From Camelus dromedarius (lineage: Eukaryota): 64,000 nucleotides of DNA. Position numbers and translations under genes: made by a program. The notes under the pieces were generated by a model. The model saw only the letters and a program-made list of their open reading frames with translations, searched no databases and was not told the origin of the DNA. The stretch spans positions 95,172,001 through 95,236,000 of the forward strand of contig NC_087436.1 in assembly GCF_036321535.1 (NCBI RefSeq). Reading direction: 5' to 3'. This document shows, in pieces, positions 26,237-40,500 of the stretch (the first letter of the stretch is position 1; each line of letters opens with the position of its first letter).

Positions 26237-29200
26237 AGGACTTTCTGGTCAACATGGCAGAGTAGTAGGACCACGAGCTCGCCTCTCCTCACAACTACAA
26301 CATAACCACAACTAACTGACTGCTGAATAACCATCAGGGAAAAAAAAGACTGGAACCTAGCAAAAAAGATCTTATTCCTGGAAAAGATCTTTACCTGGAA
26401 ACATAAAGAGGGAACCACAGTGGGATGGTAGGAGGGGCGTGCTCATGATATAATCAGGCCTCATACCCCCTGGGTGGGCAGCCCACAAGCTGAAGAATAA
26501 TTAAGTTGCAGAGGCCCTCCCATAGGAGTGAGAGCTCTAAGCCCCATGGCAGGCTCCCCAGCCCGGGGTTCTGGCACTGGGAGGAGGAGACCCCAGGACA
26601 TATGGTTTTGAAGGCCAGTGGGGCTTAACTCCAGGAGCCCGCATGGGGAAACAGAGACTTCATTCTCTTGGGAAGCATACACAGAATCTCATGTGCGCCA
26701 GGTCCAAGGGCAGAGGCAGTGATTTCATAGGAAGCTGGGCCAGACCTGCCTGCTGGTTTTGGAGGGTCTCTTGGGGAGATAGGGGATGGCTGTGGCTCAC
26801 CCAGGAAGCATAAAAGCTGGTGGTGGATATTTCAAGAGTGTTGATGTATATGAGCTTTCCTGGAGGCTGACATCTTGACTGGATCATTAGCACCAAGACC
26901 TAGCCCCACCCAGCAGCCTGTAGGCTTAAGGGCTGGGATGCCTCAGGCCAAACAACATACTGCTTGGGAACACAGCCCCACCCATCAGCAGGCTCTCTGA
27001 GCCACAAACACTCCAGGCATGGCCCTACTCACCAGAGGTCCAGGACCAAGCTTCACCCAGCAGTGGACAGGCACTGGCTCCTCCTGCCAGGAAACCTGCA
27101 TAAGCCTCTAGTCCAGCCTCACCCACCAGAGGGCAGATACCAGAAATAAGAAAACAACAATCCCTCTTGTGGAGGCTCACAGTGAAAGAGAACGTGACAA
27201 TGAATGTATGTATGTTCATGTATAACTGAAAAATTGTGCTCTACACTGGAATTTGACACAACATTGTAAAATGACTATAACTCAATAAAAAAAATGTTAA
27301 AAAAAAAAAAGAAAGAAAGAAAATGACAATCCCAAAGCCTGTGGAAGGAATCCACAAACACAGGCCAGACTCTACTTTGGGACTGGCTGGACCCTGGCCC
27401 TCGGGTGACAAGAGAGGAGTATAATGCTGGGACACATAGGACGTCTCCCACAGAGGGCCACTTCTCCAAAGACGAGAAATGTAACTAACCTACCTAAAAT
27501 TACAAATAGGAAGATAGACAATTATGAGGTGGCAGAGGAATATCTTCGAGGCCAAGGCACAAGATAAAAATCCCAGAAGAAGAAATAAGTGATAAGGAGA
27601 TAGGAAGCTTATCTGAGAATTTAAAGTAATGATAGCCAAGATGTTCAGAGAACTCAAGAGGAGTATAGATGCACGGAGCGAAGTTTTTCATGAAGAGTTG
27701 GAAAATATAAAGAATACCCAAACAGAGTTGAAGAATAAAATCACTGAAATGAGTAACACACTAGAAGGAACCAAGAATAGACTAAATAAGGCAGAAGAAC
27801 GGATCAATGAGCCAGAAGACAGATTAGTGGAAATCACTACTGCAGAACAGAAAACAGAAAAAAGAATGAAAAGTTTAAGAGAACTCTGGGACAACATTAA
27901 GTGCTGTAATATTCTCATTATAGGGGTCCCAGAAAGAGAAGAGAGAGAGAAAGAACCTGAGAAAATTTTTGGAGAGATAATAACCAAAAACTTCCCCAAG
28001 TTGTGAAAGGAAACAGTCACCCAAGTCCAGGAAGTGCAAAGAGTTCCACAGAGGATCAACCCAAAGAGGAATACACCAAGGCACATAGTCATCAAATTGA
28101 CAAAAATTAAGAATAAGGAGAAAATAACTAAAATGAACAAGAGAAAAGCAACAAATAACATAACAAGGGAACTCCCATAAGGTTATCAGCTGATTTTTCA
28201 GCAGAAACTCTACAGGCCAGAAGCGATATGTTTAAAGTGGTGAAAGGGGAAAACTTACAACCAAGAATACTCTATCCAGCAAGGCTCTCGTTCAGATTTG
28301 ATGGAGAAATTAAAAGCTTCACAGTTAAACAAAAGCTAGAAGAATTCAGCACCACCAAACCAGCTTTACAACAAATGTTAGAGACTTCTCTAGTCATTAA
28401 ACCACAATAAAAGAGAACAAAAAGAAGGAAGAAAAAACAAAAGACCTACAAAAGATTGCTTTGGCAATTCTGGGTCTTTTATGATTCCATATAAATTTTG
28501 GAATTGTTTGTTGTAGTTCTGTGAAAATATCATGAGTATTTTAACAGGGGTTGCATTGGATCTGTAGATTGCTTTGGGTAGTACGGCCATTTTGATAATA
28601 TTGATTCTTCCAATCCAAGAGCACAAAATATCTTTCCATTTCTTTGTATCATCTTCAATTTCTTTCATCAGTATTTTACAGTTTTCAGAGTATGGGTAAC
28701 CTCTTTGGTTAAGTTTATTTCCAGGTATTTTGTTTTTGATGCAATGGAAATATTTATGCCAGTTATAAAATTCTGGTTTTTGAAGTTAAAAAAAAAAGTG
28801 AATGAAGGGCTGCACATGGCAAAATATCCTTTTTTATGGGCGAGTTGTATTTCATTGCATATATATGGTACATCTTCTTTGTCCATTCATCTGTTGATGT
28901 GCACTTGGGATGCTTCCATATCCTAGCAATTCTAAGTGGTGTTGTTGTTAATAGCAGGGTGTATGTGTCTTTTTGAATTAATGTTTTTGTTTTTCTCAGA
29001 TATATGCCCAGGAGTGGAGTTGCTGAGCCGTATAGTGGTTCTATTTTTAGGTTTTTGAGAAGCGTCCATGTTGTTTTCCATAGGGGCTGCACCAATTTAC
29101 ATTCCCACCAACAATGTACAAGGGTTCCCTTTTCTCCACATCCTTGCCAAGATTTGTTATTTGTGTTCTTTTTGATGATGGCCATTCTGACAGGTGTGAG

Positions 29201-29452
29201 GTATCTCATTGTGATTTTGGTTTTCATTTCCCTGATATTAGTGATATTGAGCAACTTTTCATGTTGCTGTTGGCCATCTGCATTTCCTCTTGTAGAAAAA
29301 TGTCTGTTCAGTTCTTCTGCCCATGTATTAAGTGGGTTGATTGGTGGCTTTTTTTTTTTTTTGGCTTTTTAATTGAAGTACAGTTGATTTTAAATTTTGT
29401 ATTAAAAAAAAGAATAACAGAAATAAAGGACATGATCTATGTTCAAAAAAAA
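26237..29452 (+). mobile_element. Composite L1 insertion: sense 5'UTR and disrupted ORF1 (to about 28450), then antisense ORF2 fragments (about 28450-29350), then an A tail
   Basis: L1-type start ggactttctggtcaacatggcagag. ORF1 peptides (LRELWDNIKCCNILIIGVPE; LQPRILYPARLSFRFDGEIKSF) are on +. ORF2 peptides ([40 protein letters not shown]) are on -. Approximate TSD aaaacaacagaagttta/aaaaacccagaaattta. Confidence 0.85.
27165..27315 (+). mobile_element. Young L1 3'-end fragment inserted in the L1 5'UTR
   Basis: aattgtgctctacactggaatttgacacaacattgtaaaatgactataactcaataaaa tail; approximate TSD aagaaaa(ca/tg)acaatccc. Confidence 0.8.
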
Positions 29453-29517
29453 AAAAACCCAGAAATTTATTCTCTCACAGTTTTGAAGGCCAGAAGTCCA
29501 AAATCAAGATATTGTCT

Positions 29518-30655
29518 TTTAAACTTAAAAGCTTTTTTACAGCAAAGGAAACCATAAGCAAAATGAAAAGACAACATATGGAATAGGAGAAGATATTGCA
29601 AACAATGAGACTGACAAGGGATTAATTTCCAAAATATACAAACAGCTCATATAGCTTAGCATCAAAAAAAACCAAACAACCCAATCAAAAAATGGGCAAA
29701 AGACCTAAATAGACGTTTCTCCAAAGAAGACATACAGATGGCCAACACACACATGAAAAGATGCTCAATATTGCTAATTACTGGAGAAATGAAAATCAAA
29801 ACTGCAATGAGGCATCACCTTACACTGGTCAGAATGACCGTCATTGAAAAGTCCACAAATAATAAATCCTGGAGAGGGTGTGGAGACAAGGGAACCCTCC
29901 TACACTGTTGGTGGGAATACAGTTTGGTGCAGCCATTATGGAAAATAGTATGGAGATTCCTTAAAAAACTAAAAATAGACCTACCATATGATCCAGTAAT
30001 ACCACTCTTTGGCATATATCCAGAGGGAACTCTAATTCAAAAAGATAATACACCCCAATGTTCATAGCAGCACTGTTTACAGTAGCTAAGACATGGAAAC
30101 AACCTAAATTTCCATCAATGGGTGACTGGACAAAGAAGTTGTGGTATATATATGTGACATATATAATAGAATACTACTCAACCATAAAAAATGAAATAAT
30201 GTCATCTGTAGCTACATGGATGGACATGGAGATTATCATACTAAGTGAAATAAGTCAGATAGAGAAATATAAATATCATATGATATCACTTATATGTGGA
30301 ATCTAAAAATAAAAAATGATATAAATGAACTTATTTACAAACCAGATACAGGAAACAACTATGGGGTTACCAAAGGAGAAGTGGCAGGGGGTAAATTAGG
30401 AGTATGGGATTAACATATACACACTACTATATATAAAATAGATAGCCAATGATGTCCTACTGTATAGCACAGGGAACTATATTCAATATCTTGTAATAAC
30501 CTATAATGGAAAAGAGTCTAATAAAGAATGTGTGTGTGTAAATATATACATTATATATAATGTGTGTGTGTGTGTATATATATATGTAAACTGAATCTCT
30601 TTGTTCTACACCTGAAACTAACACATTATAAATCAACTATATTTCAATTAAAAAG
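29518..30655 (+). mobile_element. 5'-truncated L1 (ORF2 C-terminus and 3'UTR)
   Basis: [10 protein letters not shown]...[31 protein letters not shown] followed by an L1 3'UTR. Confidence 0.9.
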
Positions 30656-32163
30656 TCTTTCCACCTCAGCATAAAAAAAAATAAGGCTTGCATAGAATTC
30701 TAAAACTCGTTACTATAATGACTTGTCTTCTATGTCAGTCACTAGTCCAGCTACTTTTTATTTATTATCTTCCCTAAAAGTCACAACCAGGCCCATTTTA
30801 TGGATGAATAAATGGAGTCTTTGAGGTTAAGTGACTGTCCAAGGCCACACAGCTGGTACATGGTGCTGTGAAGAGTTCAGTGCAGCACTGTTTGTTTGAT
30901 CCACTGCCATGCCATCTTCCACATTACCTGATTTTTGTGGGTTTTGCCATCTCCTTAAAGGCATTTCTCAAAATTATAACAGCCTCAACCACAATAGTGT
31001 CCTTGTTCCTGAAAACCAGCATTATTGTGCAATACCCTAAGGAGCATTTGTGACCAAACACTCACATTTTGTCACTGTATTATGCAACCAAATCTGCAGT
31101 GATGTGTGTGTGTGCATGCCTGTGAGTGTGGGTGCATATTTCTTAAGACTTTGGTCCATTGTTGCTTGAAATTCCCTCAGAGCCACAGTGCCTTACTCCT
31201 CTGCCTGTTTCACAAAACTGGTTTCCCAGTATCACAGATACTGGCTCCTCTCTAGCCATCTCATCCTGGTTCAGCAGAGACCCATCCACTCCTTGCTGAC
31301 CCTCTCCAGACCTAAGAAGGCTTCCCGTTATGTTTGATGAGTAAGAATGAACAGTAAGAATTTATTCTTTCCCTTCCTCCTGAAAGCAGAGTAATTCTTA
31401 CCCTTTGTTGTGGGTCAGACTGTAGGGTCTTGTCTTGTTTTTTTAATGATGAGATAATGCCAGACAGTGGGATTAATTACAGAAGAATGGGATTAATTAT
31501 AGAAGGATTATTTAACTCATATGTCCCGTTCTTTACAGAACCTCAGTCAAGGGAAAGTCTTGGGAACAGTTATCCTGGCTGCCTGAAGTATCTGGTTAAC
31601 CAGACATCCTCTTTTTGTATCATCAACCTTTGTTGATACTGTTCTAAAATTATTCTAAATGGCCTTTAGAAAATTGATTAGTCTTGCAGGATCTCAGTGC
31701 TATTTACTATTCTAGAATCAAAGATGAAAACATCTAATAATGCCAAATGTTGGTCGGAACGTGGAGAAACAGGATGCAATTTCCCCCAGGTGTAGCAACT
31801 ACTAAATTTTCCTTGAAAGTTGATTTTTAAAAAAATAGTTCTTGAACCTAGGCTTATTTTAAATATCTCAGCCAGCTAAAATAATGCTCCATATTTGCTT
31901 GATAATGGTAGTTGTCATTTTTTTGAATATATTACATATGGTGAAACAGAAAACAGGCAAAGTTGAATAACTTTCCAGTGTGGTGACACCTTAACATTGA
32001 GGCTGCAAACTCTTACAGATAAATATTAACATAGAAAAACATTTTTCTTCACACTGAAATTGTCATAAGCCTCGTGCTCATGTGAACTTAAAAATTTGAT
32101 TACTGTTTTAGTCCGTAGCCCAGGAAACCTACTGACCCACATGCTTTGCACATGACCCTTGAA

Positions 32164-32327
32164 GGGGAAATTCACATGTAGGAGTAATTCCAGTAAGGTC
32201 CGACAGGTGGCGCAAAACCGTTTCTATGGTCTTGCTTTACTTCAACTAAGGACTTGCGGTTTTGTCAAGCACATTTTTTTCCGAGCATTTGAAAGTTATT
32301 TTCTGTTCTTCTGAGAAAGAAGTCGTG
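32164..32327 (+). promoter_or_regulatory. TLR6: Candidate TLR6 promoter and non-coding first exon (donor at 32328)
   Basis: NF-kB-like GGGAAATTCA (32165-32174), CTCF-like CCGACAGGTGGCGC (32200-32213), RUNX TGCGGT (32255-32260) and a strong donor GTG|gtaagt. It aligns with the TLR1 promoter at 59041-59076. Confidence 0.6.
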
Positions 32328-35300
32328 GTAAGTAAGATGGCTTTTTCAAATTGTGGACTAATTACTTTTAATAAGCAAGAAAATGCTAACATGGTATAGG
32401 AAATAGGTAATTGCAAGATGATTTTAAGGTTTTTTTTTGTTTGTTTTTAATGCTGCAATCGTTTTTTTAACTATATGAGAAAGATAAAGAAACATGACCA
32501 TCCTGAAAGGTATAAAAATAACTAGCACTTGTCATTGTTAAGGGAAAAAAATAACCGATGTTATTTCTTCTGTTTTTGTCTGCTGCATTTTCTCTTTTCA
32601 CCTTTCCCTACCTAGTTTCTGGTGTTCAGTAAGGTTTACAGTAGTTTGTGCCACTCATGCAGCACCTATCACGTTATGTATTTTTATATTAGACAGGAGT
32701 GTTTGATCGCTGTCATTGTTTCTTTGTGTCTATCACTAATGTAAAAGCTTTTGAAAGCAGGGATTGTGCCCGGACTAGTTGTCTTTATATCCCCAGCACT
32801 TAACGTCTAACACGGTGCTGGCGCACAGTACACTTTGAATAAACATTTATTCAATGGAAGAAGTGGCAGGGACTGGCCGAGAACTTGCCTTACTCAACTT
32901 TCTCACCTAAACTTTGACTAATAATACAATATTTCTCTTGCATATTTGTTGATTTGATTATGGAATGACACAATGTTTTTCTAGTCTTTCCTTTTTTTGT
33001 AGTTTTAGTTTTTGCAGAGCCTATCTACCATTGCTTTTCCCCCCCTTGATATAGAGCTTCTTCCATCTGTCTTTTTTCTCCCCCTTTTCATTTGATGCAT
33101 TAAAGAAAAAAAGGAACTTTTAGCTTTTATCCCTTCTCACTTCCTTTAAAAAAGAAGTTATGAACTCTCTGATCTGCTCTCTTCTCCCTTTATTTCTCTC
33201 CTTTTCTTTTCCCCCTTAGGTGTAGAAGTTCCTAGCTTTAGTGTATACACTAGGAAACACTTTAGGGTATAAATGACTGAGGAGGAATACTTGGGAACTG
33301 GGTGATAAAAGGGAACTGATCAACTTTCCTATATAGTGGCTAAGTTTCAGTCCCCTGAACACAGACGCCATGGAGAGACCTCTGAATGGGTTCTCTTTCA
33401 TGAATGTCAATTATCTAGTATCATATGAAAGTTCTCTCTTGCTCTGTCTCTCTCTCTGTCTATATGTTATTTGTATATATATGTATAAAATAATATAGGT
33501 GTGTTTATTTAAATATAAAATATTTTTATATCAGCTATATTTTAAGATAAGTCTTTCAACTTGTAAGAGATGTTCACAATTAGAAATTTTGAAAATATAC
33601 AAAAGTATGAGAAATAAAATTAATCTGTGATTTAGAGATGCAGAGATAACCACTATTAACATTTAGTACATTTCTTCCCATTTCCCCCCCAGGCTTTGTG
33701 TATTTTTCAGGTTTGAACCACATTTTACAAAATTAAAGTCCTACTACATACACAATTTTGTATTCTTTTATTCACTGCACGTTATATTGTAGACTTTTCT
33801 TTAAAACATTTGAGGCTGCATGTTACTCCATTTGATGGGTGTACTGTAATTAATTAAACTATTTTCTATACTAGTCATGATTTTTTTGGGTTTTCCATCA
33901 TGTCATGAGCATCCTCACAGTAATATTTTTATGTGTATTTCTTTAGAAGAAAATTCTGAGAAGTGGAATTGTTAAAACAAGGGTAAGCATACGTTTAAGG
34001 AATTTATATACGTGACCAAATTGCCCTTCAGAAGGGGTCTACTAATTTTTCTTTCCTGCCAGTAGTAAATGAGAATTCTTGTTTTAGTCCCATCTGCCAA
34101 CACTGGGTATTATATTTTTGAACTTTCCCAATTTGGCAGCTGCAAATAATCATGTCTTTTTAAAAATATGTAAGAAGCAAAAATTCCCATTTGATTCACT
34201 TTATCTTCTTATGCTTAAATATCTTAAATTATAGGCATTCTAATGTTTCATCTCTAAATGCTTCGTTGTTTATCTCCTAAAAAAGTACCTTTTCCTGCAT
34301 AGCCAAATAACATTATCAAAAATTAACATTTATTTCTTAATAGAATCTAATACCTGGTCCATCTTAAAATCCTTTCTCCCTTGTTAACTTTTACAGCAGC
34401 TCTGTCTAAATTGAGACCCAATCCAACATCATAATTTCATTTAGATGCTATATCCTACTTTGCTTTAATATGCATTTTTATTTTTTGTGAGATTGGACAT
34501 TGTTGATATTATCTATTGATCTTGGGGGGGTAAATTTTCTGATCAAGTAATGTGTTCTACTTAATTTTAAATGTTGACAAGTTGAAAAATACAGGAAACA
34601 GCTAAGAGGAAAATAAAACCTTTTATAATTTTACCACAGAGATAATCCATTAATATCTTGGTATGTATTTTACTAATTTTTCCACATGCATGTGTATGTA
34701 TTAACTGTTGTACATTTTTTTAAAAAAAAACTTTTTGTCACATAGAGATAGTAAGCAATGTTCCATGGGATTAGACTTTTATTCTTTTTAAAGGCCACTC
34801 AGTAATATTTAATTATATGGAGACACTGTAATTTATTTGACAACTTGCTTTTTTTGAATAATCAGATTTCTTTTTAAAAAATTTATTTTATACTACGTCT
34901 TTTATTACACTCCTTTACTGGTTCTAACAGTTTTTCAGTTACTTCTCTTGGATTTTCCACATTGACAGTCATATCTAAAAATAATGATAATTTTATTTCC
35001 TCCTTTCCAATATTTCTATCTCTCATTTCACCCCCTTAATTACAATGGCTAGAAATTCTAAAATAGTGTTAAATAACAGTAGGCATCCTTGACATAGACT
35101 TTAACAGAAATGCTTTGAAGGTGGGACATTGATTTAAGGTAGATATTTGATATATTATTTATCAAGCTTTTAAAGTATCTTTTAAATATCAACTTTAATT
35201 AATGTATTTTTGATTAAAGATGAATGCTGAATTTTATCAAGTGAATTTTTAACATCTATGGAGATGCTCATCTATTTTTCTCCTTTTATCTATTGCTGTG

Positions 35301-36228
35301 TTATTGTCATAGATTTGCTGACAATACACCACTCTTACAATCCCAGAAACATCCAAATTAATTATTGTGTACCATTCCTTCAACATAAAGCTACACTGAT
35401 TTGGGTTTCTTCATTCTGAGCTTCTCCCCACTACCAAATAATTGGAATTTATCTCTTTTATTTTCTAATATTTACTCTTAATTTTATAATATACATATTT
35501 AAATTTATATTCTTCTAACAGAATCTTGAGTTAATTGGTATCTATAGCTTCCCCTCAATCAGGTGAGTATCTTAACATGCTTTTGGTCCAATCTCTCCCT
35601 CTCCTTCCACTTCTGTCTACTAACACCCTTGTTATCATTGGCAATTTCAATTCCAGATTGTTATTAAAATTTTTGTCATCAATACTTATTGGGATTTAAC
35701 AATAAATTTTCTTTACAAAGTATTCCCTCTTGAGTCCTAATTTTTTTGGAGTGAGTTTCTTTTTCAGACGATAGCGTCTATCCTTTAGTAATTAGTGGGT
35801 CTGTCTTCCATGTCTTTTAGCATTTCATTCATATATGTCATCTCTTTAGCCTCTTGGACTGTGTTTTGAGACAATTTCTTTTCTTGGACTTCTGTCTCAA
35901 CTTCTCATGTCGGCATTGCTACTCTGTGATTCAACTCAGCCAATGAGTTTTCCACTTGAATTATTAAGTTTTTAATTTGCATGATTCCTACTCCATTCTT
36001 TTTTAGAATCATACCTCTCCGAGCATTTCTGTCTATTATAAATGCCTCCCTGGGTGTGAATGCCTCTCATATCTTGAATTTGGATCCTTTCTGTCACAGT
36101 GTTTGCTTTGTAAACGTGTCATGCTTCTTGGTGGTTCAACCCAACTTGTGGTTGATTGAGGCTTTGTGTAAAACTGCTTGCTGATCTCTTTTCACAGCCT
36201 GCTTGTTGGAAGGGTGGACCAACTAGTC

Positions 36229-36705
36229 TGTATTAATTTTCTATTGCTGCTGTAACAAATTACCACAACTTAGTGGCTTAAAAAACACACTTTATCATCT
36301 TACAGTTCTGTAGGCTAGTAGTCCATCATAGGTCTTGTTGGGTTTAAGTAAAGATGTTAGCAAGGCTGTATTGCTTTTGGAGGCTCTCGGGGAGAATCTA
36401 CTGACTTGCCTTTTTGAGCTTCTAAAGGTTTCTACAGACTGCCTGCATTCCTTGCCTCATGGCCCCCTTCCTTAAGGAATGTAAAGTCTTTCTCACATCA
36501 CATCACTCTGGCCTCTTCTGCCTCCCTCTTCCACTTTTAAGGACACTTTTGATTATATTGGGCTCACTTGAGTAAATTTTAAGGTCAGCTGATTACCAAC
36601 ATTAATTCTATCTACAACTTTAATTCCTTTTTTCCATGTAGCAGCATATTTACAAGTTCTGGGTTTAGGAAGTGGACATCTCTGGGAGGCTAGTGTTCTG
36701 TCTAT
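36229..36705 (-). mobile_element. MLT1-type MaLR LTR
   Basis: tgtattaattttctattgctgctgtaacaaattaccacaacttagtggcttaaa... Confidence 0.78.
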
Positions 36706-37524
36706 TGTAGCCCAGTCTGTTTGTGGTTCTCAGAGACTTCTCTTGGCTTCAGTTCCCCTAAAGACTTCCCTTCCAGCTTTGAAGTGTGTGTGTTTCATCA
36801 TTTTGGAGATTTAGGGCAAGAGGAGGAGGCTGAAGCATGTGCACATCACCCTGTTGACTTCCAATTTTTAATGCTTATAATTGAAAATGTGGCTTTTGTA
36901 ACCAGAACATATTTAGAACATTTAAAAAGCGATTTTAGAAGTTTATTTTGTAGTCAGAAATATGACTTTAACAATTTCTGCTTTGGGGTATTTATTTCAA
37001 AATTTATTTGACATAAGAAACAATCAAATTTAGTAAATGTTCCATGAACCCTGGGTACTTAGCTACACAATATTCTCTTGGTAGGATCAAAGTTTCTGTC
37101 TCTATTAGATCCTTTATTATTTTATTCAAATTCTCCATATATGTTGATTTTTTGCTACATGATCTAACTATTACCCAGAGAAATAGACTAAATAATTTTA
37201 CTATCAATGTCTCCTTGTATTTTCAACGCTTTTACTTTGTAAATTTTGATGCACAGTTATTGATTGTATATGTGTTCTTATCTGTTATATTTTCACTGTG
37301 AGCTATTTGTTTTAACTGGTATGAAATAGTAGCTTCTCTTATTCTCATTACCCAATTCTCTGATACTGTGACCTAATGGGGTATTATATATACAAACTGA
37401 AATTCCTGATAAATACACTTGTGATGTTTTTATCTCTGCCCCATTACAAGTATTGCTATATGGTTTACATCACTCAGAGTGCAGTGTGCCCCCTTAAGTT
37501 CCTCCTTACTTCTTGCCCAGTTCT

Positions 37525-40500
37525 TTTTATTTTCTAGTTTTATTGAGATATAATTGTCATACAACATTGTGTAAGTTCAAGGTCAAAGTGACAATTGGAT
37601 ACACACATATATTGCAAAATGATTAACATGATAAGGTTAGTTATTCATACCCATCACCTCACATAATTACCTTTGTGTGTGTTGATAATATTTATGATCT
37701 ACTTTTTTTTTTTTAGCAACTTTCAAGTATATTATACAGTATTGTTAACTATAGGCACCAGGCTGTACATTAGATCCCCAGAACATCTAGAAGTTTGTAC
37801 CCTTTGACCAACATCCTCCCATTTCCCCTATTCCCTGGCCCCTGGCAACCACCTTTCTACTCTTTGTTCTATGAGTTTGACTTTTTTAGATTCCACATAC
37901 AAGTGAGATCATACAGTGTTTGTCTTTCTCTGTCTGATTTACTTTCACTTAGCATAATGCCCTTAAGATCCATTCATATTGTCACAAATGGCAGTATTTC
38001 CTTCTTTTTATAGCTGAATAATATTCCACTGTATATCTGCACCACATTTTCTTTACCCATTCACCCAATGATGGACACTTAGGTTGTTTCCATGTCTTGG
38101 CTATTGGGAATAATTTTGCAATGAACATGGGGGTGCATTATCTTCAAGACAGTTATTTAATCTCCTTCAGATACATACCCAGAATTGGGATTGTTAGATC
38201 ATATGGTAGTTCTGTTTTGAACTGTTTGAGAGACCTCTACTGTTTTCCATAGTGGTTGCACCAATTTCCATTCCCACCAGCAGTGCACAAAGATTCCCTT
38301 TTCTCTACATCCTTGTCAACATTTGTTTTTTCTTGTCTTTTTGATAACAGCCATTCTAACAGTTGTGTGGTGATACCTCACTGTGATTTTGATTTGCATT
38401 TACTTGGTAATTAGTGATGTTGAGCATCTTTTCATATACCTGTTGGCTATCTCTATGTCTTTGGAAAAATCTCTATTTCATTCTGCCTATTTTAAAATAA
38501 TATAATTTGGGACTTTTTGTTTTGTTTTGCTTTTGTTATTGAGTTGTATGAGTTCCTTACATATTTTGGATTTTATCCTATTCTGTATGTTGGCTTTTCA
38601 TTTTTTGTTTGTTTGTTTGTTTTTAACATTTTTTATTGATTTATAATCATTTTACAATGTTGTGTCAAATTCCAGTGTTCAGCACAATTTTTCAGTCATA
38701 CATGGACATATACACACTCATTGTCACATTTTTTTCTCTGTGAGCTACCATAACATTTTGAGTATATTTCCCTGTGCTATACAGTATAATCTTGTTTATC
38801 TATTCTACAATTTTGAAATCCCAGTCTATCCCTTCCCACCCTCCGCCCCCCTGGCAACCACAAGTCTGTATTCTCTGTCTATGAGTCTATTTCTGTCCTG
38901 TATTTACACTTTGTTTTTGTTTGTTTGTTTGTGTTTGTTTGTTTTTTAGATTCCACATATGAGCGGTCTTATATGGTATTTTTCTTTCTTTTTCTGGCTT
39001 ACTTCACTTAGAATGACATTCTCCAGGAGCATCCATGTTGCTGCAAATGGCATTATGTTGTCGGTTTTTATGGCTGAGTAGTATTCCATTGTATAAATAT
39101 ACCACCTCTTCTTTATCCAGTCACCTGTTGATGGACATTTAGGCTGTTTCCATGTTTTGGCTATTGTGAATAGTGCTGCTATGAACATTGGGGTGCAGGT
39201 GTCATCCTGAAGTAAGGTTCCTTCTGGATACAAGCCCAGGAGTGGGATTCCTGGGTCATACGGTAAGTCTATTCCTAGTCTTTTGAGGAATCTCCACACT
39301 GTTTTCCATAGTGGCTGCACCAAACTGCATTCCCACCAGCAGTGTAGGAGGGTTCCCCTTTCTCTACAGCCTCTCCAGCATTTGTCATTTGTGGATTTTG
39401 AATGACGGCCATTCTGACTGGTGTAAGGTGATACCTCATTGTAGTTTTGATTTGCATTTCTCTGATAATTAGTGATATTGAGCATTTTTTCATGTGCCTT
39501 TTGATCATTTGTATGTCTTCCTTAGAGAACTGCTTGTTTAGGTCTTCTGCCCATTTTTGGATTGGGTTGTTTTATTTTTTTCTTATTGAGTCGTATGAGC
39601 TGCTTATATATTCTGGAGATCAAGCCTTTGTCGGTTTCATCTGCAAAAATTTTCTCTCATTCTGTAGGTTGTCTTCTTGTTTTACTTATGGTTTCCTTTG
39701 CTGTGCAGAAGCTTATAAGTTTCATTAGGTCCCATTTGTTTATTCTTGCTTTTATTTCTACTAGGAGAAAATTTTTGAAATGTATGTCAGATAATGTTTT
39801 GCCTATGTTTTCCTCTGGGAAGTTTATTGTATCTTGTCTTATGTTTAAGTCTTTGATCCATTTTGAGTTGATTTTTGTATATGGTGTAAGGGAGTGTTCT
39901 AGCTTCATTGTTTTAAATGCTGCTGTCCAGTTCATTTTTGATTGTTTCTGTTTCTGTGCAGAAGACTTGAAGTTTGATAAGCCCTGCTTGTTTATTTTTG
40001 CGTTTGTTGCTTATGTTTTTGGTGCCAGATCCAAAAAAATCATTTCCAAGACCAATGTTGAGGAATTTTCTCCTATGTTTTTTTATAGGATTTTTATGGT
40101 TTCAGGTCTTTTAGTTAAGGTTTTCATCCATTGTAAATTTTTGTGAGTAGGGTAAATTAGGAGTCTAATTTCATTCTTTTGCAGGTGCATATCCACTTTC
40201 CCCAACACAATTTATTGAAAAGACAACCATCACCCCATTGAGTATTCTTGATTCTCTTGTCAAATATTAGTTGATCATATATGTTTGGGCTTATTTATCA
40301 GTTCTTGATTTTTTCCATTAATGTGGATTGTCTGTTTTTATGCCATTACAACACTATTTTAATTACTACAGCTTTGTAATATTTGAAATCAGGAAGTGTG
40401 ATACCTCCAGCTTTGCTCTGTCTCAGGATTGTTTTGGCTATGCAGGGTCTTTTGTGGTTCCATATGAATTTTAGGATTATTTTTCATTTCTTTGGAAAAT

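Noticed and set aside
27629..30306. Functional L1 ORF1/ORF2 proteins
   Set aside because: Fragmented by stops, frameshifts and inversion; no complete ORF.
38946..40146. 179-aa and 194-aa ORFs as host genes
   Set aside because: They are L1 ORF2 C-terminal sequence and its antisense frame.
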